64,000 bases of DNA from Acidobacteriota bacterium (GTDB lineage Bacteria; Acidobacteriota; UBA6911; RPQK01; JADFOI01). The DNA is taken from positions 3,258,967-3,322,966 of the forward strand of contig OY760074.1 of assembly GCA_963663035.1 (NCBI GenBank), written 5' to 3'. A program made the position numbers and the translations under genes. Shown here in pieces: positions 1 through 9,224 of this stretch (positions are counted from its first letter, which is position 1; each line of letters begins with the position of its first letter). The notes under the pieces are model-generated. The model searched no databases. It saw only the letters and a program-made list of their open reading frames with translations, and was not told where the DNA came from.

Positions 1-119
1 GTTTTCTGGTGGTGGGTGACTCACCCGGATCAAAGCTGGAAAAGGCCAAGCAGTTGAACATTCCCCGGATTAGCGAAGAAGAGTTGAAGACAATGGCACA
101 AGCCAAGTCCAGGTTGTGA
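1..119 (+). CDS. ligA: 3' end of NAD-dependent DNA ligase (C-terminal BRCT domain), 5'-partial
   Basis: Frame starting at nt 3 translates to ...VVGDSPGSKLEKAKQLNIPRISEEELKTMAQAKSRL*, typical of the LigA BRCT C-terminus; stop at 117-119. Confidence 0.5.
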   Translation, partial: FLVVGDSPGSKLEKAKQLNIPRISEEELKTMAQAKSRL

Positions 120-173
120 GCCCGTTTATTCTATTGCACTTTCTCAGAGAACCATCTATCGTTCTGATGCCCT

Positions 174-1199
174 GTGAAATTGAGAGTTCGAGCACCCACT
201 CGCATTACCCTGGCCGGATCGACCCTCGATATCTATCCTCTCTACCTGTTTGAGGGCGGTGGACTGACTCTTAATGCTGCAATTGACCTGTGCAGTGAGG
301 TGGAACTCGAGAGGCGATCAGACCAGAGGATTCGCATCGAGGCCACTGATCTGGATCTCGTCCTTGAAGGTCCTGACTTAGAGGCATTGCACAGTACCGG
401 AGAATTCGCCCCGCTGGATCTGATCTTGCGAATTTTAAGATTCTACAGGCCCAGGCATGGGCTCGTAGTGCGGACGCACAGCAGCGTTCCTCCCGGTTCC
501 GGATTAGGAGGCTCCTCCTCTCTGTTGATCTGTTTGAGCACAGCTCTGGTCCAGTTGGAGAATCTCCCTGTCAACAAACAACAGATGATAGATTGTGGAG
601 CGAATATTGAAGCACAGTCCATTCGTGTTCCCACCGGCAAACAGGATTATTTCCCAGCGGCCTATGGAGGATTCAATGCTCTGTGGTTCGAAATCCAAGG
701 TATTCGCCGAGAACCGCTCACTTTTTCAGCTAAGTTGAAGTCCCAGCTTCAAGATCAGATGCTGTTGGGTTACTCTGGCGTGTCACGTTTTTCCGGAAGC
801 AGTAATTGGAGCGTCATGAGAAGGTACATTGAGAACGAAGGCGCAACAGTACTCAGGCTGGGGAAGATCAAGGAGATAGCACTGGCCATGTACCAGAGTC
901 TTAAGGAGGAAGATCTGGACAAGTTCGCCGACTGTCTGGCCGCGGACTGGGAAAACCAGAAGGGCTTAGCCGAAGGGGTGACAACTCCACAGATCGAGAG
1001 GATTTTCAAGGCAGCCCAGCGGGCAGGTGCCCTGGCCAGCAAGATTTGCGGCGCTGGGGGTGGAGGATGTTTTTTCACATTGGCTGGCGAGGGCTCTCAG
1101 GAGGCGGTAAAGAAGGCCATCGAGGAGAACGGGGGAGAGGTTCTGGATTATCACTTTTCGGACTCCGGCGTGCAAGTTGTGGAGGAAGAGCCTTTATAG
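174..1199 (+). CDS. GHMP-family sugar kinase
   Basis: 341 aa; GHMP motif II PPGSGLGGSSS and motif III GAGGGGCFF; GTG start. Confidence 0.7.
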   Translation: MKLRVRAPTRITLAGSTLDIYPLYLFEGGGLTLNAAIDLCSEVELERRSDQRIRIEATDLDLVLEGPDLEALHSTGEFAPLDLILRILRFYRPRHGLVVRTHSSVPPGSGLGGSSSLLICLSTALVQLENLPVNKQQMIDCGANIEAQSIRVPTGKQDYFPAAYGGFNALWFEIQGIRREPLTFSAKLKSQLQDQMLLGYSGVSRFSGSSNWSVMRRYIENEGATVLRLGKIKEIALAMYQSLKEEDLDKFADCLAADWENQKGLAEGVTTPQIERIFKAAQRAGALASKICGAGGGGCFFTLAGEGSQEAVKKAIEENGGEVLDYHFSDSGVQVVEEEPL

Positions 1200-1397
1200 A
1201 TGTCTCGAGTGGATCTGGAAAGTTGTCCCAACTGTCACTATGCACTCCTGGACAGGAGCACCTATTGCCCTTATTGTGGAACACAATTGACATATCCGGT
1301 GTGGAAGAAACTGGGCGCCTGGATTTTGTTGATTTTAATCGGCTATGGACTTCTCAGGTGTCACGTGCAGATGCTGGATGGATTGGAAGGTTTTTAA
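1200..1397 (+). CDS. small zinc-ribbon protein with C-terminal TM helix
   Basis: CPNCHYAL...CPYCGT followed by a hydrophobic segment; start overlaps the stop of the upstream gene. Confidence 0.45.
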   Translation: MSRVDLESCPNCHYALLDRSTYCPYCGTQLTYPVWKKLGAWILLILIGYGLLRCHVQMLDGLEGF

Positions 1398-2156
1398 ATG
1401 AGCGAGCCTAAGGTCTGTAAGAGGGGCTCCCTGCAGTATGCGTATCAGGCTCGAACTGATGTGGGACAGGTAAGAAGTAATAACGAGGACTCTCTGATTG
1501 AAGCACCCGACATGGGGCTCTTCGGAGTGTGCGATGGACTGGGAGGCCATGTTGCAGGTGAGATCGCCAGTTCAATTGCGGCGGCGACTTTAGAAGAGGC
1601 TGTCAAGGCCGAATCAGAGTTTCCCGATAAGGTCCTGAGAGCAGGAATCCAAGATGCCAACCAACGGATTCTGCGTGACCAAGCTGAAAATCCTGAGCAC
1701 CGGGGAATGGGAACCACTGTCAGTTCTCTCTGGTTGATGCCTGAGGCCTCAGGACTAGGATGGATTGGGCATGTGGGAGACAGCCGGATGTATCTGCAGC
1801 GGGGAGATGTGCTCGATCAGGTGACCCATGACCACTCTCCCGTCTTTCGCCTGTATCAGCAAGGCGTCCTGACCAAGGAGCAAATGCAACATCATCCCCA
1901 GAAGAATCTCTTGGACAGGTCTCTCGGTGTTTTCCCCAACCTGAAAGTGGATGTCTTCTCGCTATCTTTGAACTCGCAAGACATCGTTTTAATTTGCACC
2001 GATGGGTTGACTGACTCTCTCTCTGACTCAGAGATTCAGTCTATTTTGACAACTTCTTCACTGAGCGAGGGAGCGGATCAACTGATCGCGATGGCCAACA
2101 AAAGTGGAGGGTTGGATAATATTACCTTGGTTTTGGTACAGATTCTCGAGACATAG
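1398..2156 (+). CDS. PP2C-family Ser/Thr protein phosphatase (Stp/PrpC-like)
   Basis: DVGQVRSNNEDS, CDGLGGHVAGE, GMGTTV, GDSRMY and CTDGLTD motifs. Confidence 0.8.
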   Translation: MSEPKVCKRGSLQYAYQARTDVGQVRSNNEDSLIEAPDMGLFGVCDGLGGHVAGEIASSIAAATLEEAVKAESEFPDKVLRAGIQDANQRILRDQAENPEHRGMGTTVSSLWLMPEASGLGWIGHVGDSRMYLQRGDVLDQVTHDHSPVFRLYQQGVLTKEQMQHHPQKNLLDRSLGVFPNLKVDVFSLSLNSQDIVLICTDGLTDSLSDSEIQSILTTSSLSEGADQLIAMANKSGGLDNITLVLVQILET

Positions 2157-2158
2157 CC

Positions 2159-2446
2159 GCGGGCATCCAGGAAGGCCAAGCTCTTCGTTCTCCGCGCCCT
2201 TCGATCCTCGACGTAGCTGAGTACTCACTTTCATAAATACGATAGCGTTTGTTGGGAGCGCGACGGAGCCCAGATCGAGGCGCGACGACGAGTCGATGTC
2301 AGGAACATCGGCGAGGAGAAGCAACAAAGAGATCGCCCGCAACCCCCATCCGCAAACGTTACCGTATTTATGAAAGGGAGTACTGAGGCTACGCCTGCGG
2401 TCGAAGGCCTTGTGCGGTCTCGATCTTGACCTTCCTGAATGCCCGC
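2159..2446. repeat. family-2 foldback repeat, copy 1 (22-bp TIR GCGGGCATCCAGGAAGGCCAAG; long imperfect palindrome)
   Basis: Near-identical to 18121-18518; ends are inverted repeats; internal subterminal IR GTACTCACTTTCATAAATACG / CGTATTTATGAAAGGGAGTAC; begins 2 nt after a stop codon. Confidence 0.75.
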
Positions 2447-2711
2447 ATTGGGGGATTGGATAAGGGCACCCCTGAATAATCCAGCTTAATCGGGGCTAAT
2501 GCCACAGGACCGGAGGAAAGCCCTGTCTTCTTCGGTTAACTTCCATCCTGCCGGGGTCTTCTTCTTCTCTTCAGCTGCTTTGGTACGGCTGTTTTTCCTC
2601 GGTTTCTCGTGCATAGGACACCCTTATCGGATTTTTCTCACTCTTCTCATGTTCTATGATGCCAGGAGCCTCTGAAAGTTTTTGAAATTCGGGGAATTGA
2701 AGGCTCACTGT

Positions 2712-2973
2712 TAGCCCGGATTATGCATAAATTCTCTACTGCAGCGACGCAATCATCCGCCCTGACTGCGTTGCGCGACCCGCAAGCGGGTACCCCTCAG
2801 CTCCTCAACGTACTCAAGAGTACGTTTGCGGCGGTCGACCCGCAAGCGGGTACCCCTCGCGCGCCAGTCGGAGCCGCAGGCTTTAACCTGCGGGCCCGTG
2901 GGCTAAAGCCCACGGCTCTGTTTTCCGGCGCTTCCGTTGCTTCGTGACAAGAACCTATGCATAAACCGGGCTA
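2712..2973 (+). repeat. family-1 MITE-like structured repeat, copy A (full-length modular version)
   Basis: TA-GCCCGGATTATGCATA ... TATGCATAAACCGGGC-TA terminal inverted repeats; internal dyads GACCCGCAAGCGGGT (x2), ACGTACTCAAGAGTACGT, CCGCAGGCTTTAACCTGCGG and CCGTGGGCTAAAGCCCACGG; seven copies in the window. Confidence 0.8.
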
Positions 2974-3420
2974 GGGGGAGAAGGCTTCGAGGAGGAACCT
3001 GCAAGCCTCACCATAAATGCCCGGACTGCCGCTCTCTCTTGGCCCTGCAACGTTCAGAGTTCGGATTCGGTGCTGCCTGATCCAGTCAAGAAGTTTCTGG
3101 GATGGGGAGGTGGACAGGTCGATGACCAGACAGGGCTTGTTGTTTTCCTTGGTAAGCTCTACCGTTAAGGCAGTACCCCCTGAGAGAGAGCCTCTGTGCA
3201 AGACCAGCGTTCCATCCGAGTCTCGAACGTTCCATTCAGTTCGCTGGGCATAGGCTTTCGAGGGTGTCTCTTTGAGTGGATAGATTTCCTGGAGTGGTCC
3301 ATCCTCGGCAAGCCGGCCACTGGGACACCATCCACCGCAAGGGAATCCTAGCTCCAGTGCCACGTCCAGAGCAGCTCTGTCCACTCCTGTCTGCCCTCCT
3401 GAGAACACTCTCTGAATCAT
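2971..3420 (-). CDS. SLOG/LOG-like protein, putative molybdenum-cofactor-carrier family (YpsA-like)
   Basis: N-terminal SGGQTGVDRAALDVALELG...GGWCPSGR motif recalled from the MoCo-carrier/SLOG family. Confidence 0.45.
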   Translation of the reverse strand: MIQRVFSGGQTGVDRAALDVALELGFPCGGWCPSGRLAEDGPLQEIYPLKETPSKAYAQRTEWNVRDSDGTLVLHRGSLSGGTALTVELTKENNKPCLVIDLSTSPSQKLLDWIRQHRIRTLNVAGPRESGSPGIYGEACRFLLEAFSP

Positions 3421-4013
3421 TCTTTGCTGGCAATCGATTGCAATGAAAAGGGTATGACCGGGATTGTTCCACCTTTTAACAGAGCTGAAATTTCCTTCTG
3501 GAAGCCAGCGACGGTCTTCTCTTGAAAGCCTTGGGAAACATGAGCAGAATCGGTGAGATAGAGTTGTCTGTCATAGACAAGTTGTGCTTGAACAGCTTTT
3601 CCTTTAAGGGCCTGTGCAATGAGAAGGCAACTGGCTTGCTCAGCGTATGATCGGAGGATCCTGCTTCCCTGGGGGCTGAGCTCGCCTATGAGGTAAATTC
3701 CCTGTAACAAGCTTGAGACTTCTTCGAAAAGGCTCGAGAGAAGGTTTTGTGTCTCCGACCATACCGACTGGGAAGTCAGCTGTCGGGCAACTTGCATGTA
3801 AAGGGTTCTAGCCCCCTCAGCTACCGTGGAGGCGAGGACGAGATCTTGACCGGCAGATTTCTCCCCAGCTTCCAGCAAACGCTGTTCCGTTTTTCCCATT
3901 CCTGCAACCAGAACAAGGAGTTGCTCTTGCGAGGAGTTCAGCACAGATTCCACCGCTTGAGAAACTCCCGCTATATCTGGCAGAACGGAACTTTCAAATT
4001 TCAGGATCGTCAC
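3417..4013 (-). CDS. truncated aspartokinase-like amino-acid-kinase domain protein (KFGGxS loop changed to KFESSV; no C-lobe or ACT domains)
   Basis: MTILKFESSV...LVLVAGMGKTEQ...GGTIPVIPF aligns to the aspartokinase N-lobe; only 198 aa; 4-bp overlap with the downstream SLOG gene. Confidence 0.5.
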   Translation of the reverse strand: MTILKFESSVLPDIAGVSQAVESVLNSSQEQLLVLVAGMGKTEQRLLEAGEKSAGQDLVLASTVAEGARTLYMQVARQLTSQSVWSETQNLLSSLFEEVSSLLQGIYLIGELSPQGSRILRSYAEQASCLLIAQALKGKAVQAQLVYDRQLYLTDSAHVSQGFQEKTVAGFQKEISALLKGGTIPVIPFSLQSIASKE

Positions 4014-4085
4014 TTTGCCCTTCCCAAAATTCGATCATGTCACAATTTGAAATTTGTTTCGAGTTTCCAGTTTGTGATCCTGGAC

Positions 4086-4853
4086 TTATCGCGGACCCAT
4101 TCGCAAGGCCCCGTCCAGACGAATCGTCTCGCCATTGAGAGTAACGTTTTCTACAATGTGTTGGACCAGTGCAGCAAACTCGTCGGGCCGGCCCAAACGA
4201 GGGGGGAAGGGAACTTGCTCCCCAAGTGAGAGCCGTGCAGGTTCAGGGAGTCCGGCCAAAAGAGGAGTATCAAAAATGCCGGGGGCGATGCTAACGACCC
4301 GGATGCCAGGGCGGGCAAGCTCCCGAGCAGCCGGCAGGGTCAATGCCACGATCCCACCCTTGGAGGCCGCGTAGGCCGCCTGACCGATTTGTCCTTCAAA
4401 AGCAGCGACTGAGGCCGTGTTGACGATGATCCCTCGTTCTCCCTCTTCATTCGGCTGATTTTGAGCCATGGCTGCAGCGGCCAGCCGCAGAGTGTTGAAG
4501 GTGCCGATAAGATTGACTTGAATGACACGGGTGAAGTGCTCCAGGTCGTGTGGTCTTTCCTTACCCAGGATCTTCTCGGCAATGGCTATACCGGCGCAGT
4601 TGACCAAGAGGTGAATGCCTCCGTGCTGCTTGACGGCAAGTTCGACCGCCCCTTTGACCGATGTCTCCTGGGTAACATCGGTCTCGACAAAGAGTGCCCC
4701 CTCACCGAGTTCGTGTTCCAAGGTCTTACCCGCCTCCTGGTTCAAGTCGGCGATGAGTACTTTTGCGCCTAAGGAGTGAAGCATTCGCACAGTAGCCAAG
4801 CCCAATCCCGAGGCTCCCCCTGTAACCATTGCGCTTTTCCCTTTGATGAACAT
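4086..4853 (-). CDS. short-chain dehydrogenase/reductase (3-hydroxyacyl-CoA dehydrogenase type-2-like)
   Basis: Start [20 protein letters not shown] (Rossmann TGxxxGxG); YxxxK region; ORF-track start at 4946 probably too long. Confidence 0.75.
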   Translation of the reverse strand: MFIKGKSAMVTGGASGLGLATVRMLHSLGAKVLIADLNQEAGKTLEHELGEGALFVETDVTQETSVKGAVELAVKQHGGIHLLVNCAGIAIAEKILGKERPHDLEHFTRVIQVNLIGTFNTLRLAAAAMAQNQPNEEGERGIIVNTASVAAFEGQIGQAAYAASKGGIVALTLPAARELARPGIRVVSIAPGIFDTPLLAGLPEPARLSLGEQVPFPPRLGRPDEFAALVQHIVENVTLNGETIRLDGALRMGPR

Positions 4854-4923
4854 AGCAAGTGTTATAAGGGTGTCAGGGGAGAAATTCAATACCGAAAGGT
4901 AACGCACGAGTTCGGAACCTGAG

Positions 4924-6198
4924 GTGCCTCCCACGCACAAATGCACGAATTACGGTACTATGGGCCTCATGCCTACCATTGATACTCAGCGGCTGAAGCG
5001 CTTGCCGCCCTATCTGCTTGGGGTTCTCAATGACATCAAACTTCGTCTGCGCCAGGAGGGAGCCGATGTCATCGACCTGGGCATGGGCAACCCCGACCAG
5101 CCCACCCCCCAGCACATCGTCAACAAATTGATTGAGGTCGTCCAGGACCGCAAAACACATCGCTATTCCGCCTCCAAGGGTATTCCAGGCTTACTGCGGG
5201 CCATCTGCCGCTTTTACAAGAAGCGCTTTGGCGTGGATCTGGACTGGCAGTCCGAGTGCATCGCCACCATCGGCAGCAAGGAGGGTCTGGCCCACCTGAT
5301 GCTGGCTATACTGGACCCGGGCGACTTGGCGCTGATTCCCAACCCCTCTTATCCGATTCATATCTACAGCGTGGCCATGGCCGGTGGAAACGTTGTGTCC
5401 ATTCCTCTGCGCGAGGAGGAGGACTTCGTTCCCGACCTGGAGTACATTACCAGAGAGATCTGGCCCAGACCCAAAGTTATGACCTTGAATTTCCCTCATA
5501 ATCCGACTACCGCCACCGTCAGCCTGGACTTCTTCGAGGAGATCGTCCGCTTCGCCCGCGATAACCACATTATGGTCATCCACGATATGGCGTATGCCGA
5601 TATCACCTTCGATGACTGTAACGCTCCCAGTTTTTTGCAAGTGCCGGGTGCCAAGGATGTAGGGGTGGAATTTTACACCATGTCGAAATCTTACAACATG
5701 GCCGGATGGCGGCTCGGCTTCTGCGTGGGCAATCGAGACATCGTGGCAGCTTTGGCCAAGATCAAGGGCTATCACGACTATGGTATTTTTACTCCGATTC
5801 AGGTCGCCGGCATCGCCGCGCTGGACGGTCCGCAGGACTGTGTTGTAGAGCAGGCCAAGATCTACCAGAACCGACGGGACGTCCTGTGCGATGGGCTCAA
5901 CCGCATCGGCTGGTCGGTCAAGGCGCCCAAGGCCAGTATGTTTACCTGGGCGCCGATTCCGGAGCCCTATCGAGAAATGGGCTCGATGGAGTTCTCTACC
6001 CTGCTGATGCAGGAGGCCCATGTGGCGGTGCTGCCTGGAGTCGGCTTCGGGGACCTGGGTGAGGGGTATGTGCGCATTGCCATGGTGGAAAATGAGCACC
6101 GGCTTCGCCAGGCCATTCGAAACATTCGCCGCTGCTTGACGAAGCTCGAGCCCAGCGATCCACAACTGGAGCAACAACAAATGAGGGTGAGGAGTTAA
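4924..6198 (+). CDS. class I/II PLP-dependent aminotransferase (AlaT/AspC/DapL-like)
   Basis: [21 protein letters not shown]-lysine context [13 protein letters not shown]; true start probably M at 4960. Confidence 0.75.
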   Translation: MPPTHKCTNYGTMGLMPTIDTQRLKRLPPYLLGVLNDIKLRLRQEGADVIDLGMGNPDQPTPQHIVNKLIEVVQDRKTHRYSASKGIPGLLRAICRFYKKRFGVDLDWQSECIATIGSKEGLAHLMLAILDPGDLALIPNPSYPIHIYSVAMAGGNVVSIPLREEEDFVPDLEYITREIWPRPKVMTLNFPHNPTTATVSLDFFEEIVRFARDNHIMVIHDMAYADITFDDCNAPSFLQVPGAKDVGVEFYTMSKSYNMAGWRLGFCVGNRDIVAALAKIKGYHDYGIFTPIQVAGIAALDGPQDCVVEQAKIYQNRRDVLCDGLNRIGWSVKAPKASMFTWAPIPEPYREMGSMEFSTLLMQEAHVAVLPGVGFGDLGEGYVRIAMVENEHRLRQAIRNIRRCLTKLEPSDPQLEQQQMRVRS

Positions 6199-6428
6199 AG
6201 TCCCATCAAAAGGGATCCAAAACTGGCCATGGGATGGTTTGCCAAACCGGATTGAAAACTAGTAACATGGGTCGGGTGAGGAGCTGGATCTCGGGCGCAG
6301 AGAGCGGATACCATTCGGGCCAAGAGGATGACCATTCTCTGTAACCCTATACCCAAACACTCGGCCAGGAGAGAATTTGTGTTTGCCTATATCGGAGTTT
6401 ATCCTCGAGCCGAAAGTGGAAAGACTTT

Positions 6429-8204
6429 ATGAGCCCAAAAAGATTTGATCTAGCCATCGCCATTGGCGGTGCTGCCGGACAGGGAATCGCGACCCCCGGT
6501 AATATCCTGGCCCGGTTGTTTGTCCGCCGTGGTCTGCATCTTTACGCCTACAATGCCTATCAATCGATCATCCGAGGCGGGCACATTTTTCTGACTTTGC
6601 GTGTCAGTGACCAGAAGGTTCGCAACCACGGGGATAAACTGGACCTCCTGCTGTGTCTGAATCAGGACACTATGAATCGGCACCTGGTCCTGATGGGAGA
6701 GGGCAGCCGGGTGCTCTTTAACAGCGACGCCATTCAGGCGGGCCAAGCCGCCAAAGGTGCTCATTTGTGCCCCTTACCCGTTGCTGAGTTGACCAGCGGT
6801 GCGCGACAGGTCCAGAACACCGTTGCCCTGGGAACCATCACATCTATGCTGGGGCTGGAGTTTCAAGTCCTCGAGGATGCCTTGACCCTTCAGTTCAAGC
6901 GAAAGGGCCAGGCTGTGGTCGATGGGAACGTTAGCGCAGGTCGTGCCGGCTTTGACCACGCAAAGGCCAACTTCGAGCCTTTTCCGGATCCGCTTCCCAC
7001 TGGTCCCAAACCACTAGGGGTCTGGACCGGAAATGAGGCTTTGGCGATGGGTGGCGCCGCCGCCGGCGTTAAGTTTTACTGTGCCTACCCCATGAGTCCT
7101 GCAACCGGAGTGCTCCATTGGATGGCCAAGAATGCTCGCGAGCTGGGAATTATGGTTCGGCAGGTGGAGGACGAAATCGCAGTGGCCAATATGGCCGTCG
7201 GGGCAGCCCATGCCGGTTGCCGGGCCATGTGTGCCACCTCCGGCGGAGGGTTCGCATTGATGACCGAAGCTATAGGCATGGCGGGAATGATGGAGGTTCC
7301 CGTAGTGTTTATTAACGTTCAGCGAGCCGGTCCCTCCACGGGCGTGCCCACCAAGACCGAACAGGGGGATCTGTGGCAGGTGCTGGGCGCCAGCCAGGGG
7401 GACTTCGAGCGCCTCATCGTGGCCCCGAAAGATGCCCTGGACGCCTTTGATACCATCCCCGAGCTGTTCAATCTGGTGGACAAATATCAGTGCCCTGGCA
7501 TTGTCATCTCCGATCTGCTGATCTCAGAAGGCACCTTCAGCGTTGATCCCGACAAGATTAGCCTGCGTCCAGAGATCGATCGGGGGGATTTGATTACTTC
7601 CTCCTCCCAGGACGACGGCTATATGCGCTACAAGAATACAGAAAGTGGGATCTCTCCGCGCGCCTTGCCAGGCCTGGAGGGTTATATCCACGTCGTGGCC
7701 ACCGACGAGCACGACGAGGACAGTATTTTGATCAGCGACGAGTTCACCAACCCACATAAGCGCCGCAAGATGGTCGAAAAAAGAGCCCGAAAGTTCAAAG
7801 ACATCGGCAAAGCGATGGCAGCGCCACAGTTGGAGGGTCCGGAGGATGCCCAGGTCACGCTCATCGGATGGGGATCCACTTACGGTGTCATCAAAGAGGC
7901 GGTGGAGCAGTTGAGCCACCAGGGGATTACCGCCAATCAGCTTGCCATCAAATGGATCGTTCCCCTTCACGCAGAAGTGGTGAGCGAGATCATCTCTCGC
8001 TCCAAGCGAACGATTATTGTCGAGAACAACTACTCCGGCCAGTTTTTCCGCTATCTGCGGAGTGAAACCGGACTCAGCGTGGACGGACACATCCGCAAGT
8101 ACGATGGTGAGCCCTTTATGCCCCATCACATTGTGGAAGGTGTGCTGGAGCAGCTTTCCGGGACGACCGATCACTCCGTACCGATTCAGGAAATCATGGT
8201 CTAA
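6429..8204 (+). CDS. korA: 2-oxoacid:ferredoxin oxidoreductase alpha subunit (KorA-like)
   Basis: 591 aa; AIAIGGAAGQGIATPG start typical of KorA/PorA fusions. Confidence 0.8.
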   Translation: MSPKRFDLAIAIGGAAGQGIATPGNILARLFVRRGLHLYAYNAYQSIIRGGHIFLTLRVSDQKVRNHGDKLDLLLCLNQDTMNRHLVLMGEGSRVLFNSDAIQAGQAAKGAHLCPLPVAELTSGARQVQNTVALGTITSMLGLEFQVLEDALTLQFKRKGQAVVDGNVSAGRAGFDHAKANFEPFPDPLPTGPKPLGVWTGNEALAMGGAAAGVKFYCAYPMSPATGVLHWMAKNARELGIMVRQVEDEIAVANMAVGAAHAGCRAMCATSGGGFALMTEAIGMAGMMEVPVVFINVQRAGPSTGVPTKTEQGDLWQVLGASQGDFERLIVAPKDALDAFDTIPELFNLVDKYQCPGIVISDLLISEGTFSVDPDKISLRPEIDRGDLITSSSQDDGYMRYKNTESGISPRALPGLEGYIHVVATDEHDEDSILISDEFTNPHKRRKMVEKRARKFKDIGKAMAAPQLEGPEDAQVTLIGWGSTYGVIKEAVEQLSHQGITANQLAIKWIVPLHAEVVSEIISRSKRTIIVENNYSGQFFRYLRSETGLSVDGHIRKYDGEPFMPHHIVEGVLEQLSGTTDHSVPIQEIMV

Positions 8205-8216
8205 TGAGGTAAGAAT

Positions 8217-9134
8217 ATGACAGTTGGAGATAGCACCCGGGATGTAACCGCGGACAAGCCCATCACTTCACTGCAGGCGAAGGATTTTAAGGGACCAGTG
8301 GAACCTGACTGGTGTCCGGGCTGTGGCGACTTTGGAGTCCTGAAGGGCCTTCAGAAAGCCTGTGCGGAGCTGGGGCTCCTGCCCCATCAGATCCTGACCG
8401 TCAGCGGGATCGGCTGTTCCTCCAATCTTCCCGGGTACGTCAACGCCTATGGGATGCACACTCTTCATGGCCGGCCCTTGGCCGTGGCCACTGGTGCCCA
8501 AATGGCGAATCACGAGCTCACCGTTATTGCAACGGGTGGAGACGGCGATGGATACGGCATTGGTGGGAACCACTTTGTGCACACGGCGCGCCGCAACGTA
8601 GACCTGACCTATATCGTCATGAACAACCAGATTTATGGTCTCACCACCGGACAGATTTCTCCCACCAGCACCCAGGACATGAAAACCAAGAGTACGCCCT
8701 TTGGCAGCGTGGAGCTTCCCATCAATCCCATCACGGCGGCCATCATGAACGGAGCGACTTTTGTGGCTCGTGGCTACAGCGGTCAGGGCAAGCATATGGT
8801 GGAGTTGATGAAGAAGGCGATCCAGCATAAGGGGTTTGCTCTTGTTGACATCTTCAGCCCTTGTGTTACGTTCAACCATGACAACGACTACCAATTTTTC
8901 AAACCACGCATTAAGAAGCTCGAAGACGAAGGCCACGACACCAGCGATTGGAAGACGGCCTGCGAGAAAGCCATGGAGTGGGGCGACACGATCTATATCG
9001 GACTGTTCCTGCAAAAGGACCAACCGACTCTCAGCCAACTGGAGCCTGTCCTGGATGAAGGCGGTCCTCTAGCCTATCGTCCTCTGGGTCTCAGCCAGGA
9101 GCAGAGTCAACGGATCCTCAAAAGAATGATGTGA
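8217..9134 (+). CDS. korB: 2-oxoacid:ferredoxin oxidoreductase beta subunit (TPP-binding, KorB-like)
   Basis: DWCPGCGDFG and GIGCSS motifs, TPP-binding GDG; immediately downstream of korA. Confidence 0.8.
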   Translation: MTVGDSTRDVTADKPITSLQAKDFKGPVEPDWCPGCGDFGVLKGLQKACAELGLLPHQILTVSGIGCSSNLPGYVNAYGMHTLHGRPLAVATGAQMANHELTVIATGGDGDGYGIGGNHFVHTARRNVDLTYIVMNNQIYGLTTGQISPTSTQDMKTKSTPFGSVELPINPITAAIMNGATFVARGYSGQGKHMVELMKKAIQHKGFALVDIFSPCVTFNHDNDYQFFKPRIKKLEDEGHDTSDWKTACEKAMEWGDTIYIGLFLQKDQPTLSQLEPVLDEGGPLAYRPLGLSQEQSQRILKRMM

Positions 9135-9138
9135 AGGA

Positions 9139-9215
9139 AAGTTCCAGGCTCCAGGCTCCAGGCTCCAGGTTCCAAGTTTCAGGTTCCGGAACATCTTCTA
9201 CCTCCTGACTCCTGA
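9139..9215. repeat. tandem heptamer microsatellites (TCCAGGC)x~6 then (CTCCTGA)x3
   Basis: tccaggctccaggctccaggctccaggttccaagtttcaggttccgg ... ctcctgactcctgactcct in a convergent intergenic region. Confidence 0.8.
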
Positions 9216-9224
9216 CTCCTTCTC

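Noticed and set aside
2058-2342. Conserved peptides (…DIDSSSRLDLGSVALPTN…FMKVST…) in minus-strand ORFs over both family-2 repeats
   Set aside because: Conservation is at the DNA level in a palindromic element; the ORFs overlap real gene ends.
2723-2947. Small ORFs beginning MHKFSTAATQSSALTALRDPQAGTP inside family-1 repeats (also 18603-, 15155-, 22030- and 36681- ORFs)
   Set aside because: They follow the repeat nucleotide sequence (start ATG is the TIR ATTATGCATA), occur on either strand depending on copy, and have no codon-level conservation; they are not protein-coding.
5191-6180. Long antisense ORFs inside the aminotransferase, korA (7524-8174), korB (8268-9038), GH15 (16903-17820), M16 (30717-31778, 32223-33644), RND (38502-39305) and radical SAM (60718-61425) genes
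   Set aside because: These are the usual stop-poor opposite-strand frames of GC-rich genes; the sense-strand products have clear family signatures.
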